Notes under the pieces: generated by a model
Databases searched by the model: none
What the model saw: the letters and a program-made list of their open reading frames with translations, nothing else
What the model was told of the DNA's origin: nothing
Made by a program: the position numbers and the translations under genes
DNA from: Macrostomum lignano
Lineage: Eukaryota
Length of the DNA stretch: 64,000 nt
Direction: 5' to 3'
NCBI GenBank assembly: GCA_002269645.1
Contig: NIVC01001006.1
Coordinates: 1 to 64,000, forward strand
Shown: positions 1 through 13,290 of the stretch, in pieces
Layout of the letters: each line of letters begins with the position of its first letter
Numbering within the stretch: the first letter of the stretch is position 1

Positions 1-520
1 AGATCTACCCTAGACCCATCTAAGAAGTGAGATCTCCCCTAAGAATCCCATCTAAGAGAAGTCGAAATTTCCCTAAGAATCCCATCTAAGAAGTGAGATC
101 TCCCCTAAGAATCCCATCTAAGAAGTAAGATCTCCGACCTAGAGATTTCTACCTAAGAAGTGAGATCTCCCATAAGATCCTATCTAAGAAGTGACATCTC
201 CCTAAGAATCCTGTCTAAGAAGTGAGATCTCCCTAAGATTCTCCATCTAAGAAGTGAGATCTCCCCTAAGATTCCCATCTAAGAAGTGAGATCTCCCTAA
301 GATTCCCATCTAAGAAGTGAGATCTCCCCTAAGATTCCCATCTAAGAAGTGAGATCTCCCCTAAGATTCCATCTAAGAAGTGAGATCTCCCCTAAGATTC
401 CCATCTAAGAAGTGAGATCTCCCCCTAAAAATCCCATCTAAGAAGTGAGATCTCCCCTAAGATTCCCATCTAAGAAGTGAGATCTCCCCTAAGATTCCCA
501 ACAATGATCTAAGAAGGGAA
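1..520. repeat. ~32-bp minisatellite (TAAGAAGTGAGATCTCCCCTAAGATTCCCATC) in HM13 intron 4
   Basis: Direct tandem copies, about 15. Confidence 0.95.
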
Positions 521-556
521 TCCAAGACTTGTATTGTACGATCCGAGCTCACTCAC

Positions 557-3500
557 CCTTGCCAGCGGCCTCTTCTCCGGCGGGGGCAGCTTCATCAGAG
601 GCTGGCTGCTTCTGTTCGGCTTTTCGCCAGTCTGCTGCTTCTCCTTCTCCTTGGCTTCCCCGGCAGCGGCTGGTTTCAGCTTGGAGACGAACTCCAGGAT
701 GCGGATGTTGAAGCTGCGGTTGGGCAGGCTGGCGGGCACCAGCCTGTGGTAGACCGGCCTGGGACAGGGGCGGGTCAGGGGTCAAGCCGGGCCCGAACTG
801 CTTTTGCGCCTCAGAGCTGGGCAGAAGGGTGACAAGGGTATCAGAGTGACAAGGGGGGGAGTGACAAGGGTGGGGGGAGTGACAAGGGCGGGGGAGTGAC
901 AAGGGCGGCGGTAGTGAAAATGCTGGGGAGTGACAAGGCTGGCGGAGTGACAAGGCTGGGGAGTGACAAGGCTGGCGGAGTGACAAGGCTAGGGAGTGAC
1001 AAGGCTGGGGAGTGACAAGGCTGGGGGAGTGATCAGGGCGGCGGTAGTGAAAAGGCTGGGGGAGTGACAAGGCTGGGGGAGTGATCAGGGCGGCGGTAGT
1101 GAAAAGGCTGGGGGATTGACAAGGCTGGGGGAGTGACAAGGCTGGGGAGTGACAAGGCTGGGGATTGACAAGGCTGGGGGAGTGACAAGGCTGGGGGAGT
1201 GACAAGGCTGGGGAGTGATCAGGGCGGCGGTAGTAAAAAGGCTGGGGGAGTGATCAGGGCGGCGGTAGTGAAAAGGCTGGGGATTGACAAGGCTGGGGGA
1301 GTGACAAGGCTGGGGGAGTGACAAGGCTGGGGATTGACAAGGCTGGGGGAGTGACAAGGCTGGGGAGTGACAAGGCTGGGGTGATCAGGGCGGCGGTAGT
1401 AAAAAGGCTGGGGGAGTGACAAGGCTGGGGATTGACAAGGCTGGGGGAGTCACAAGGGTGGGGGAGTGACAAGGGTGGGGAGTGACAAGGGTGGGGAGTG
1501 ACAAGGCGGCGGTAGTGAAAAGGCTGGGGGTGACAAGGCTGGGGAGTGACAAGGCTGGGGAGTGACAAGGCTGGGTGAGTGACAAGTGAAGCAGCAGTGC
1601 TAAGGGACAAAAGCAGAATAACTTCAAGGTGCTCAGCTTGTAAAAAATCTTAACTCACTTGAGCACGTGCGTGAGGGCCAGAACTCCAAGCAGGAAAAAG
1701 TAGAAAGCCAGCAGCATGTTGATGTACTCCTTAGATATCAACTGCAGTCAGGAATGATAACAGAAATGCAACAGTAATAAAGTTAAGCGTTTCTTAGGCA
1801 ATTCAATGGCAAGTTAATTAACACAATACACACCTTGAAAACAGATAAATGCCAACAGCGCACCACTGCATACAGAGGGAACATGGCGGCATCCTTTGAT
1901 GTCATGGTTTCCACTTCTCCAGTTTCCTGTTCAAATTAAGTTAGGTTTAAATTACAGTTGCAAAATTACAATTATTGTTCATGAGTACCTATCATTTAAA
2001 TCAATAACCAAAATGGATGACTCTCATAATTTCCCATATAACATTTAATGATATTAAATCTATTTGCAACCATTCAATAATAATTTAACCAACATAATAA
2101 ATTCCAACATAAACAAAGAACTTATTTCCAAAGGCTTTTTTATATTTTTTATTGTACAAAAAGAATAGCTAACAGTATATTATCTTCACTTAAGCCCTAC
2201 TACTCAAACTATACAAGGTAAATATGGCATAAGAAAAAAGTATATTGTGTAATTTTAAGTTGCTAACTCAGAGATTCTAATATATATTATATATAGTACA
2301 AAATATTATATTATATTATACAATTGTATAGTATACAATATTTGGTCAATTACAGGGTGTTTTTGGTACATGCATCTAATTCACCTAGTAATTAAAAATA
2401 TTAATTAAAATACTTAAACAAGTAGTTTTCTGCATCAACAAAAATCTTTCAAAGTGTGCAAGAATTATCTCAATTATTTTTTGTCTTTTTTTCAAGTTCA
2501 TCAATCAATATATATTATTATTATTATATATACAATATATTATTCTCCACTTGTTACCAAAGTGGCTATTACCAAAATGGCTATTACCAGATTGGTCATG
2601 GTTTGTTACTGAAGTGGCTGTTACTAAAGTAGCTATTCCCAAAGTGGATGATTACTTCTATATTCCAAATCATGCTAGGTGCATACCCAAACAAAAATTG
2701 AAGAGTTACAAATTCATGCCAAAAATTTAATATATATCTGCACTCTCAAAATCTAAGCTAGTGTTGTTACAATAAATGATTTGTATTGCGTATAGGACCC
2801 TTTTTGGCTAATAATTTAGTTGATCATTCATCATTCTTGTTCTATACTATTTATAGCAGAAAATTGATATGTATAAACTATAGATTTGTTACAATTATTA
2901 ATGAGCTTAAAAGCTTGAAAGTTTAGAATTTATGCTAAAATATGAACCTTTTATTGAACTTTTTCAATCTTTTTTTCTACTTAAAACTAATTTTTCCATG
3001 TGATTCTATGAAATGTATATCAGGTGTATATGCATACTATTTTCTTAAGAGTCATGGATGCCAACTGTGCACATTCCAGACTCCAGATGGTATACATAAA
3101 TGCCAGAAAATTTTGGCATTCAGAAATTAGAAATTCAGAGTATACCATTGGCATACAAATTGGCATATAGAGGGGCCTGGCATGCCCTCTTGGTATATAG
3201 CTTGGCATATAAAGATTGCCAAGATAGCAAATAGCATAGGACCAAAAGTTCTAAGTATAAATCAATCTACACAATTAGTCCATATAAAAATGATTAAATT
3301 TATATTTGGCATAGTCTTTATTAGAGGTCAGATGAGCAAAAAATTTTGGTCAGGCGTGAAATTTTGTGAAATTTTCAAAGTCGGGCGTGATTGTGATCGT
3401 GAATTTATATTTGCATACACATATTTTGAGCCCGTAGGTTACAAGTGTTAAAAATAACAAAACAAGAAAAGAAATATTTATAAATTGATAATAGCTACTT

Positions 3501-4567
3501 GGTAATGCTGTCAAGTCAACAAATTTAAAATTTATTACTCTTTTACACATTTGTGTTCACATATTTTGGTAAACCAAGTAGAAAAGTCATACTTCTAATA
3601 AAAATGTAATAAAGCAAAATTCACGACTGTCGTGAACGGGTTTCAAGGAAATAACGATTGTGAAAAAAATGGTCATGAATTCAAGAAATTGTGATCACAA
3701 TCGTGATCACGTCCGACCCCTAGTCTTTATATACATAGTCATTAGTTACAATAGCTAAATTTTGATCAGAAAGAATAGCCAACCCTTAATGAAAAAATAG
3801 AAAGCTAAATTTAAAAAAAAGGTTTAACTGTTCTAAAAAGTTAAAAGTAAAACAAAAAATTTAAAATGAACTAGTTCTATACAGTTAATAAAAAATACCA
3901 GTTTTAACACATTAATTATTTAAATATTATATAAATCCAATTTAATTCAAATTATCTTTGATTGATCTATTTGACAATAAAATAAATCTTAATAATATAA
4001 ATATATTGCATTTAAAATATGTCATACAACAAAACAACTATAAAATTTCAATTACTATCAAAGTAGACAATAAATAGTCAAGTATCAAGATGTACTAGAT
4101 ATTAAGATTGGTTTGAAGGTAGGCCTAATAGAATAGTTAACTTTGATAAATCAATTTAGAAAAAAACAAGTCAACTTTAGGAATAGGAAAGCATATATTT
4201 GAAATTAATATTAAATTTAGATGTTTTATAGTTCTGTATTTAAGGCAAATTAAAGCGACATTAAATTAAAGTTTTCATAACAATGATACTATAGATAGCA
4301 AATATTTATAATATTATTTTATTTTTTAACTAAAAAGTAAATTATAACAGCAGGCTTATTTTGGGCAAATTGAAGGCATGCTTAAAATTATAAAATTACC
4401 TTATTTAGCTTGTTAGCGGCAACAGACTGCAGTGATCCAATGATAATAGGCACAATAGCCATGGTAAAAAGACTAGAATAGGCCAACAAAAAGCCTTCAG
4501 TTGTAGCTGTAAATGTGGCATTTCCAGCTGTACCATTCAGGGTATCATTTAAAGTTGCGTTTTCCAT
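557..4567 (-). CDS. HM13: Signal peptide peptidase (aspartic intramembrane protease, A22B), 5' four exons; gene continues beyond the left edge
   Basis: Exons 4567-4400, 1926-1834, 1741-1659, 758-557 with GT-AG ends and matching phases. Peptides TTEGFLLAYSSLFTMAIVPIIIGSL, ETMTSKDAAMFP, SKEYINMLLAFYFFLLGVLALTH, VPASLPNR align by eye to human HM13 (EGIALAYGSLLLMALLPIFFGAL, ETITSRDAARFP, QEYINLLLSMYFFVLGILALSH, FPASFPNR). Apparent 1-nt homopolymer losses in exons 2 and 4. Confidence 0.9.
845..1585. repeat. 17-18-bp G-rich minisatellite (GAGTGACAAGGCTGGGG) with a longer variant unit, HM13 intron 3
   Basis: Direct tandem copies. Confidence 0.95.
3322..3722. mobile_element. hAT-like MITE (~400 bp) in HM13 intron 1
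   Basis: TIRs TAGAGGTCAGATG (3322) and the reverse complement of the right end TAGGGGTCGGACG (3722); exact 8-bp TSD GTCTTTAT at 3314-3321 and 3723-3730. Confidence 0.75.
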
Positions 4568-6354
4568 TACTTTCAATGTAAGATGATTTTTTAATTCTAG
4601 AAGTTAAAGCCAAAGCCAAATGACTTTAATAGAGACAGTAAGGAAAAAATATAAAGATAGTGAATTCTTGCAGTAACGTGACGTATAGTGTTTTGAAATT
4701 TACAACTTCTATGAAAAGAAAGAAAAACAACATTAGTTTATATACTAGTATTAAATTAGGTTGCAAGCTTTTTCTAACTGCTTCTAAAATAAAGAAATGG
4801 ATTTTAACTCAAATTATTTTTGAAGATATCAATCGTTCTACCGTAAAAATTACCATGTACCATTTCAACCCCTTCATAATTATATTGCGATGAAATTAGA
4901 CTCAATGGGTCTGACGTTATCATGTTCTGTATGTTCTGTTCTGATTGTTTGATGTTTAATACTACGCTTACCTCGTCGAATAGGAAAAAAATATTGTGCA
5001 AGGTGCAAGCATCTTTTGAGTCAGCGTATTTCAAGCCCCATTCATATGTAACTCCTACATGTGTCTTTGAATAACTCATGGCGTGTGCGCGAAAAATTGC
5101 TAGATGGTTGTCGCGCAATTCGCATCCATGAGAGCCCAACCCCTAGGGCACAGAGTGAACTTATCTGACGGTTAGGAATCCAGGGCCGCTGCATACCCTA
5201 TCAGATTGTGTTTGTGATTAGTGATTAAACTGCGACTGAAGTAACGAAAATCGATGACATCAAGTCTGTATGAGGATCAACTCAACTCAAAGGGGATTAG
5301 TGAAACATTAATAAGTCCATTGATATTTATAAAAATTCCTTGTATTTGAATTATATTAAATTGCCAGGGAAGTAAGGTTATACGAGTATATGAATTCATC
5401 ATTACTCCAGCCAGAGAAGTGCAAAAAGCAGAACTAGTGCAGCCCTTGCTCTCCGAACCCCCATGGTATAAGCGGAGTTATTGATAGGATAATCTCATTT
5501 ATATGGCGCAATAACTGCACATTCCACTGGCCATTTCGCATGCCGAACTAATCAGAAGTTGCGCCAATGCAGCACAGCACAGCGCCATTCATGACATCCA
5601 CTTCACCTATGCAGCAACCAATTGAGTTGATGAGGCCACAATTATCGTTGCGATGCGCCTCCCATGCCAAGCCTGGAATCCCGATTTAGAGCTGCGGATG
5701 AGCCCGCACAAGCAATCTCTGCTAGCCGGTGGCCATATAGTCGCAACATTTTTTCTGCAGCGGGCTCATCTTCATAATTGGCATTTCCCGTTGAGCTCAG
5801 CTGACTGCATCGGGCCCCGCTCTTCTATTGGGAAATCTGACTGAAAGGGGGAATAGCTATGATAATGGGGGTCGCGTGCCAGCCGGCCAGGCAGCCCGGT
5901 CAAAATTCCAGGAAACCTCAGGTGTCTAAAGCAACTGTTTTGGAGCCATTGAAATTACCTGGCCTTATAGTTGTCAATCAAATATGTCAGCTTTTTATCT
6001 GGACAATGAAATGAAAAAAGAATTGCTGGCACTGAACTCTGCGAAAGAACTTTATTTGAGGTTGATTATTGATTTTGCAGAGACAAGTAGCGCGGATTAA
6101 GGGCTAACTTTATGATACATATTTGCTATTTCTGCTTTAAAGTATTCAGAAAAGGGCAACAGCAACAACAAATCAAAAAACTTTACTCCAAAGTTAAAAG
6201 TATCGGGCAAGTTTTGGATGCCGCGGTTCGAAGACAAACTGCCGCGGCGCCGAGAGGGACGAAATTCGTTTGGATAAAAGCCACGCAGGTGCGCAAGATG
6301 AAGCTCTCAGCTACTTTTTTGAAGTTCTCCAGATGGCGAACTGGTTGCATCAAA

Positions 6355-6660
6355 TGTCAACCATGGACAACTAAGGTCAGCCGAGGTCAATCATGGACAA
6401 CTAAGGTCAGCCGAGGTCAACCATGGACAACTAAGGTCAGCCGAGGTCAACCATGGACAACTGGGATCATCCGAGATCAAGCAAGGACATATGGAGTCAT
6501 TTCAGGTCAACCATGGACAAATGGGGTCATTTCAGGTCAACCATGGACAAATGGGGTCATCTGAGGTCAACAATAAACAACTGGGAGTCATCCAAGGTCA
6601 ACTTGTACAAAAAACCCTTGGATGTTCCGAGGTCAATTCGCAACTGCCAGGTAAATACAC
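6355..6660. repeat. Degenerate 30-bp tandem repeat (CCATGGACAACTAAGGTCAGCCGAGGTCAA) downstream of the GPCR stop
   Basis: About 9 increasingly diverged copies. Confidence 0.85.
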
Positions 6661-6726
6661 AACAACAGCCACGTGCATTTTCAATCCGGAGGATAAATGA
6701 AAATGTCAGCAGTCTGTCCGGCGAGG

Positions 6727-9057
6727 TCAAATAAGGTCAGTCTGCTCCCAGTCGGCTTCCTGAACCTTTCGCTGCCGCTCGGCGGGCTCAGCACCGGCCA
6801 TCTCTGCTGCCTGACCGATCGCCGGGTCCGACAAGTCGGCGATGGCGGTCGTCGCGGCCTCCCCGACAGCCGACGCAGGAGCCGCGGACGCCGGGCTCGG
6901 CGACCTACCGCGCAGGGCCGCCCGCACGAAGCCGCGGAAGGCGCGGTCGGTGGCAGCAAAGGCGAAGAAGCAGCAGGCGGCGCTGGCGGGCAGCAGGCCG
7001 AACTCCGCCACGTACTGGGCGACGGTGAGGCGGCCGAGGCGCTGCCAGTGGCCGCGGAACATCGGGTCGGACTCGTCCATCAGCCCGTTGGCGAGCTTCA
7101 CAACCAGCCGGTCGGCGTGGGCCGTCATGAACAGGGCGTGGGTGACCGGGGCGGGGGCGGTGAGCAGCAGGTAGGCCAGCGCCAGGCACAGCTGGCCCAC
7201 GGCCGCCGGCAGCTCGGGCTGCTCGCCGCGCGCCTCGTCCTGGCGGAGCAGCAGCCGGTAGGCGCCGCGGCGGCAGAGCAGCCGGCAGGTGGCCAGGCTG
7301 AGGCCGAGCACCAGGCCGAAGGGCGCCAGGCTGCGGGCCAGCGCGTTCAGCAGCGGCTTGGCGCGGGTCACGTAGGCCAGGTTGGAGTCGAAGTGCCGCA
7401 GGCGCACGTACTGCACGCACTGCCGGCCGACCGTGGACCTGGCCGGGGCCGCCAGCTCGTCGCCAATGACCAGCAGGCAGTTGAGGATGCAGGCGGAGCA
7501 GAAGGCGGTGAGCGCCAGCACCCAGAGCCGGCGCGGTGGCAGCGGCTTGTGGCCGCCGCCGCTGCAGCAGCAGGCGCGGACAGCGAGGAAGCGCTCGGCC
7601 GCCAGCACCACCAGCAGGTAGGCGGAGGTCTCGGCGGCCAGGTTGTACAGGTGCGGCTGGAACTTGCACCAGAGATCGGCGGCGCCGCTGGGCCGCAGGC
7701 TGTGGTCGTGCTCCATGTAGTTGTCGGTGAACAGCGACACCAGAGCCACGGCCAGCAGGGCCGAGTCGCTGAGCGCCAGCAGGGCGATCAGGAGGCTTCG
7801 CCCGCCGCCGTGTCGACAAGCCCGTCGGCCGTAGAAGATCAGCACGGCGGCGTTGAGCAGCAGGCCGACAGCGGCGATGAGCGGCAGGACGGCCCGCATG
7901 GCGGACTTGGCGGCCAGGATGGCGGGGATGCGGCTGCGGTACTGCCTGTAGGCCGAGTACTCCCGCCACAGCTGGCGCCGCGTGCGCTCCCACAGCCCCA
8001 GCAGCTCCGTGTAGGCCTTCGACACCACCGCAATGTCCGTCGAGGCCGCGGAGCCCCTGCTGGCATTTCGGCACTGCTCCAGCACGGCGTTGAGCTCCAC
8101 CAGCTCGCCGGCGTCCAGCTGCTGTGCCAGCCGGCCGTCGAGGTCTTCGCGGACGACCCGACAGTAGAAGTCGGGCAGGCCGGCGGCCGGCGGGCGGGGC
8201 CGATAGCGGCGCAGGTGCAGCAGCGCGTGGCCAAGAATCTGCCGGGCGAGGCTCCGGGCGTCGATCGGCCGCGACGAGCGGTTCGAAGTTCGCTGCTCAG
8301 CGATGTCGGTGGCGGCGGCGGCGTCGGATGTCGCCGAGGACTCGCCAGGCACGGCGGCTGGCCGGCGGATGTCCGACTCTGGGCCCGACTGTCCGGGCCA
8401 GGCATCAGCCGCCCAGGCGAGCTCGGACAGCCGAACATAGCCAATCAGAGCCTCGGACAGGCGGCCGGCGGCGGCGTCGGCCAAGATGTCGCCTGCCAGC
8501 CGCAGCAGCTCGCACGTGGCATTGTCGCCGCCTTCGCCGTAGGAGACGCCAGGCGCCAGGAAGGCGCGGATCGGGCGGCCGCTGCAGTCGGAGACTCGGG
8601 CCGAGTGGCGCTCGACAAAGTCAACAAAATCGATGGTGTCCCGCGCCAGGCGCGGGTAGCGCGCCAGCCAGTGCCGGCGGAGGCGGCCGCCAGACCGGAC
8701 GGCGCGGTACACCCGGTGGTAGCGCTCCATCTCGCTGGAGAACTCCGTCAGCGTGGCCAGCGCCTTCTCCCAGGCCCAGCGGTTGAAGTAGACGGAGCCG
8801 CCCACCGTGTAGGCGCCGCCCAGATTGGCTACGAGGCGCCAGGGCGCCGCGAAGTGGCGCAGGAAGCCGCGGTACTTGATGGCAGTGTAGGCCCACTCGT
8901 GCCGCAGGAACCGGAAGTCGTGGCGCACGACGGACAGCGCTTCGGCGAGCGCCGCCTCCTCCAGCGGCGTCGGGCTCGGCGTGGAGCTTGGCGATGCAGC
9001 TGGAGGAGGCGGCTGTGCAGCGGCCGCGGCGGCGAGCATCAGCAGCATCAGCAGCAT

Positions 9058-9094
<37 letters not shown>

Positions 9095-9096
9095 AT
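6727..9096 (-). CDS. Intronless rhodopsin-class (class A) GPCR, peptide-receptor-like, with signal peptide and long N-terminal ectodomain
   Basis: ATG 9096 in CCACCATG context (second ATG 9057 starts MLLMLLMLAAAAAAQ). Seven hydrophobic segments in the C-terminal half: GLLLN (TM1), LLALSD (TM2), CK...AERFLAV (TM3, DRY-equivalent), APFGL (TM5), LLTAP (TM6), and a post-TM7 AFR. Strong GC3 bias. Confidence 0.85.
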
Positions 9097-10207
9097 GGTG
9101 GGTGCGCTATGTTTGGGATAAATTTCCCCTGACAGTCCGAAGAGCAACAGCCGATGGGAAAATGCGCGTAGGCGGCTGCTGCAAGCAAAATCCTCAGCGA
9201 TGAGGTCTTTCCATCTCTCCTGCAGTTCTTCTGTTCCTCCTCTGCCTGATCCCCCATTTTAGCATCCCCTCTGGCCGCCACCTGATTCGCCAGAGCAGGC
9301 AGCCAGTCCCCGGTCCGCTGCAGTGTCTCGCCCAGCCCAGCCAACTCATCTGGGTCTGGGCGCGCCCACCTGTCTCTCCCAGAATCCCATGCTTCATCAG
9401 CAGCTAGTGTAATTTTTTTACACCTGAGCCAGCATCCCTCCGGCTAGAACCCCCCCCCCCGAAATTCCGCTTTCTTTCTGCATGGATTGTCTGCTTCAGC
9501 TGAGAGTCTGGCGGGCAAAATCCCTGCATTGCAATTCCCAGCCTGAGGGAAACCTCATGGGAAATGAGATGCGATGCCCCGCATGGAGACTGGGAAATCA
9601 GCTTCATCGAGGAGCTGGAGAGCTGCATGAATAAAAGATGCTCCCTTGGGAAAAATGAGCGACACGAAATCCTCAATTGAGTCTGTGAGAGATGGACAGC
9701 AATATTCGTTTCTTTGCTTCGCCCCGCTTCGATCGTGACTTCCCGCGAAATGCTCCGCGATTTCAGCCCAGACCCGATGGGGCATTTCGGCTAATTGGGA
9801 CACGCGGTTAAACAAAAGCGGACTGGCTGCAGACTCTTAAACATTTCTTCTTCATCAGATCGATAAGCTTGAGTAGGGGGGACTCAGCATCTTTTAAACT
9901 TCAACTTCAGCATCTTCGCTCACTGGTTCCTTTCCGCCTGCTCTCCAGCCTCTCCCTCTCTTCATCAATTAGGCGGGCAGAGCAGGGCGAGTACGCGAGT
10001 CGATCCTAAGTGGCCCGAGCCCCTCAGCCTTCTCGGTGGCACAGCCACAAAATTCTGAACTCTCTGCTTCTGCTGCTGAGTGAGTGCTCACACGGCATGG
10101 CCATCCCAGCTTCTTTTGGAAGTTGGCAGGGGCGCTGACAGCTGGGGCGGGTTGGGGGACGGAATGATTCACCTGGCTGCCCGGAGCTGCTGAACTGAGA
10201 CGAGTGT

Positions 10208-10535
10208 CACTCACTCATGAACTGCCTCGTGAACTCACTCATGAACTGCCTCGTGAACTCACTCATGAACTCACTCGTGAACTCATTCGTGAACTCACTC
10301 ATGAACTCACTCATGAACTCACTCATGAACTGCCTCGTGAACTCACTCATGAACTCACTCATGAACTCACTCATGAACTCACTCATGAACTCACTCATGA
10401 ACTCACTCATGAACTCATTCGTGAACTCACTCATGAACTCACTCATGAACTCACTCATGAACTCACTCATGAACTCACTCATGAACTCACTCATGAACTC
10501 ACTCATGAACTCACTCATAAACTCACTCATGAACT
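10208..10535. repeat. 12-bp minisatellite (ACTCACTCATGA)
   Basis: About 27 tandem copies. Confidence 0.95.
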
Positions 10536-10929
10536 GACACTATCCGGTTATTCCCAGCACCGACTAAATCGCGAACAGGTGTGAGCACGGCGGGCAAGCT
10601 GCTTCATCCGGCCCGCCAGCCTCCTCTCACCTGAGGCGACCTCGCTCGCCACCTGCTGACTCTGCGAGCCCGAGCGAGGGGAGATGAGGAAGAGAGTCTG
10701 GGGATCTGAGCTCCTCCCCATTAGGGGTCTAGAAGAAAATGAGACCAATAAAGTGGGAAGAGAAAAAATGACGAGAATTCATCGAAAGGCGTTCGAGGAA
10801 AACGCGAGGGGGAAAAATAATGCACGACTGAGTCCTGGCGGGAGGGTTGGGGAGGGCAGAGACTTCGACAGGCAGGTCGCAGCGGAGTCCCCGGGACGAG
10901 GGGAGCGGAAGCTGCTGAAAGCGCGCGAG

Positions 10930-11663
10930 TGGAAACAGGACCGAGGGGAACAGGACCGGGGGAACAAGACCGGGGGAACAGGACCGGGGGAACAGGACCG
11001 GGGGAACAGGACCGGGGGAACAGGACCGGGGGGAACAGGACGGGGGGAACAGGACCGGGGGAACAGGACCGGGGGAACAGGACCGGGGGAACAGGACCGG
11101 GGGAACAGGACGGGGGAACAGGACCGGGGGAACAGGACCGGGGGAACAGGACCGGGGGAATAGGACCGGGGGAACAGGACCGGGGGGAACAGGACCGGTG
11201 GGAACAGGACCGGGGGGAACAGGACGGGGGAACAGGACCGGAGGGAACAAGACCGGGGGGAACAGGACCGGGGGGAACAGGACCGGGGGGAACAGGACCG
11301 GGGGGGAACAGGACCGGGGGGAACAGGACCGAAGGAGCAGGACCGGGGGGACAGGACCGGGGGGAACAGGACCGGGGGAACAGGACCGGGGGGAACAGGA
11401 CCGGGGGAACAGGACCGGGGGAACAGGACCGGGGAACAGGACCGGGGGGAACAGGACGGGGGGAACAGGACCGGGGGAACAGGACCGGGGGAACAGGACC
11501 GGGGGAACAGGACCGGGGGGAACAGGACCGGGGGAACAGGACCGAGGGGAACAGGACCGGGGGAACAGGACCGAGGGGAACAGGACCGGGGGGAACAGGA
11601 CCGGGGGAACAGGACCGGGGGGAACAGAACCGGGGGGAACAGGACCGGGGGGAACAGGACCGG
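10930..11663. repeat. 14-16-bp minisatellite (GGAACAGGACCGGGG)
   Basis: Tandem copies differing in G-run length. Confidence 0.95.
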
Positions 11664-12661
11664 CTCGCACTGATGTGAGATTCAGGAATGGAATTTTTTC
11701 GCTAATCGTGGGATTTATTCTAAATGAAAACTCATTCAAGAATCGGCATTAACGATATGTATCGAAAAGATATTTTCGCCTCGGTAAAAACTACACAGCA
11801 ATTTTCGTGGGTAGTTAGGGGTAACGAGTCTGACTCTGAGACAAATGCATTTGAGGCTTGAGAACTAGAAACTGGGCTGAGAAAGTCAGGGTTGCCGTGC
11901 GCCGTGCTCAGAATGGGCGCGACTGAAGCTCTCGCAGGCAATGGCCTGATTTCTGAACTGGGAAAGGGGGCGGCAATTAGTGGCGTGTTGACTCTGCTGT
12001 CCCCACTGGGCTGGTCACCCGACACTGTGCTGCTCCGCGCGAAAACAAGCTGTTCGCAGCCATCACACGGAAACCTGACACCGGCCCTGGGGAGGGGATA
12101 AACTCCCACATCCCCCATGAGGGGCAGCAACTCCGGCTTAAAGAGATGCGGCAGGAAGTTGCGCAACTCTCGCCCGACTGCTCCGCTGCTCTTCCCTCTT
12201 CAGAAGTATCCCAACTGGGAAGAATCCCCACTAAAGTTCCCGTCCGCACCCCAAAATGAAGCGCCTCCCGTGGATCCCCAGCGCTAATGACCCGCCAGCC
12301 TCCCCTGGGCAGCCTGAGTTCCCGCTGGCGTCACCCGACACCGCCTCACGCCGCCGCTTTGATGGTTCCGCCTCCGCCCCGACAGTCTCTTGCCTCGCTC
12401 TGCTTTTTTGTCATCACTTTTTCCGGGTTTGCCGCGTCTGAAGAACATGAAGACCCCCCGCTGGGGGAGGGAGGCTTCTCTTCCACTTCTAGGGCTGCGG
12501 CTGCTTCACCTTTTTTCGGCACCTGCAGGGGTTGTTTTGAAAGCGTCGGGCGACTGCTCCTGAATCATTCAGTAGGGAGCTGCATTGTCTCCAGGTGGCT
12601 GCTTCTGCACCGTCTCTGCAAATTTCTGCTTTTTTCAATTGGGCATGCAGGGCTCGGACTC

Positions 12662-13290
<629 letters not shown>

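Noticed and set aside
4674-4686. ACGTGACGT (CRE/UPRE-like) motif ~110 bp upstream of the HM13 ATG
   Set aside because: A short motif expected by chance; TSS unknown.
5160-5205. Imperfect hairpin ATCTGA...TCAGAT, considered as an ncRNA or Helitron end
   Set aside because: No Pol III boxes, Sm site, SL sequence or CTRR terminus to support it.
6697-9132. 811-aa plus-strand ORF antisense to the GPCR, and similar antisense ORFs over the kinase, ACAT1 and MPP10
   Set aside because: Shadow ORFs expected from extreme GC3 codon bias; no domain motifs and no hydrophobic pattern.
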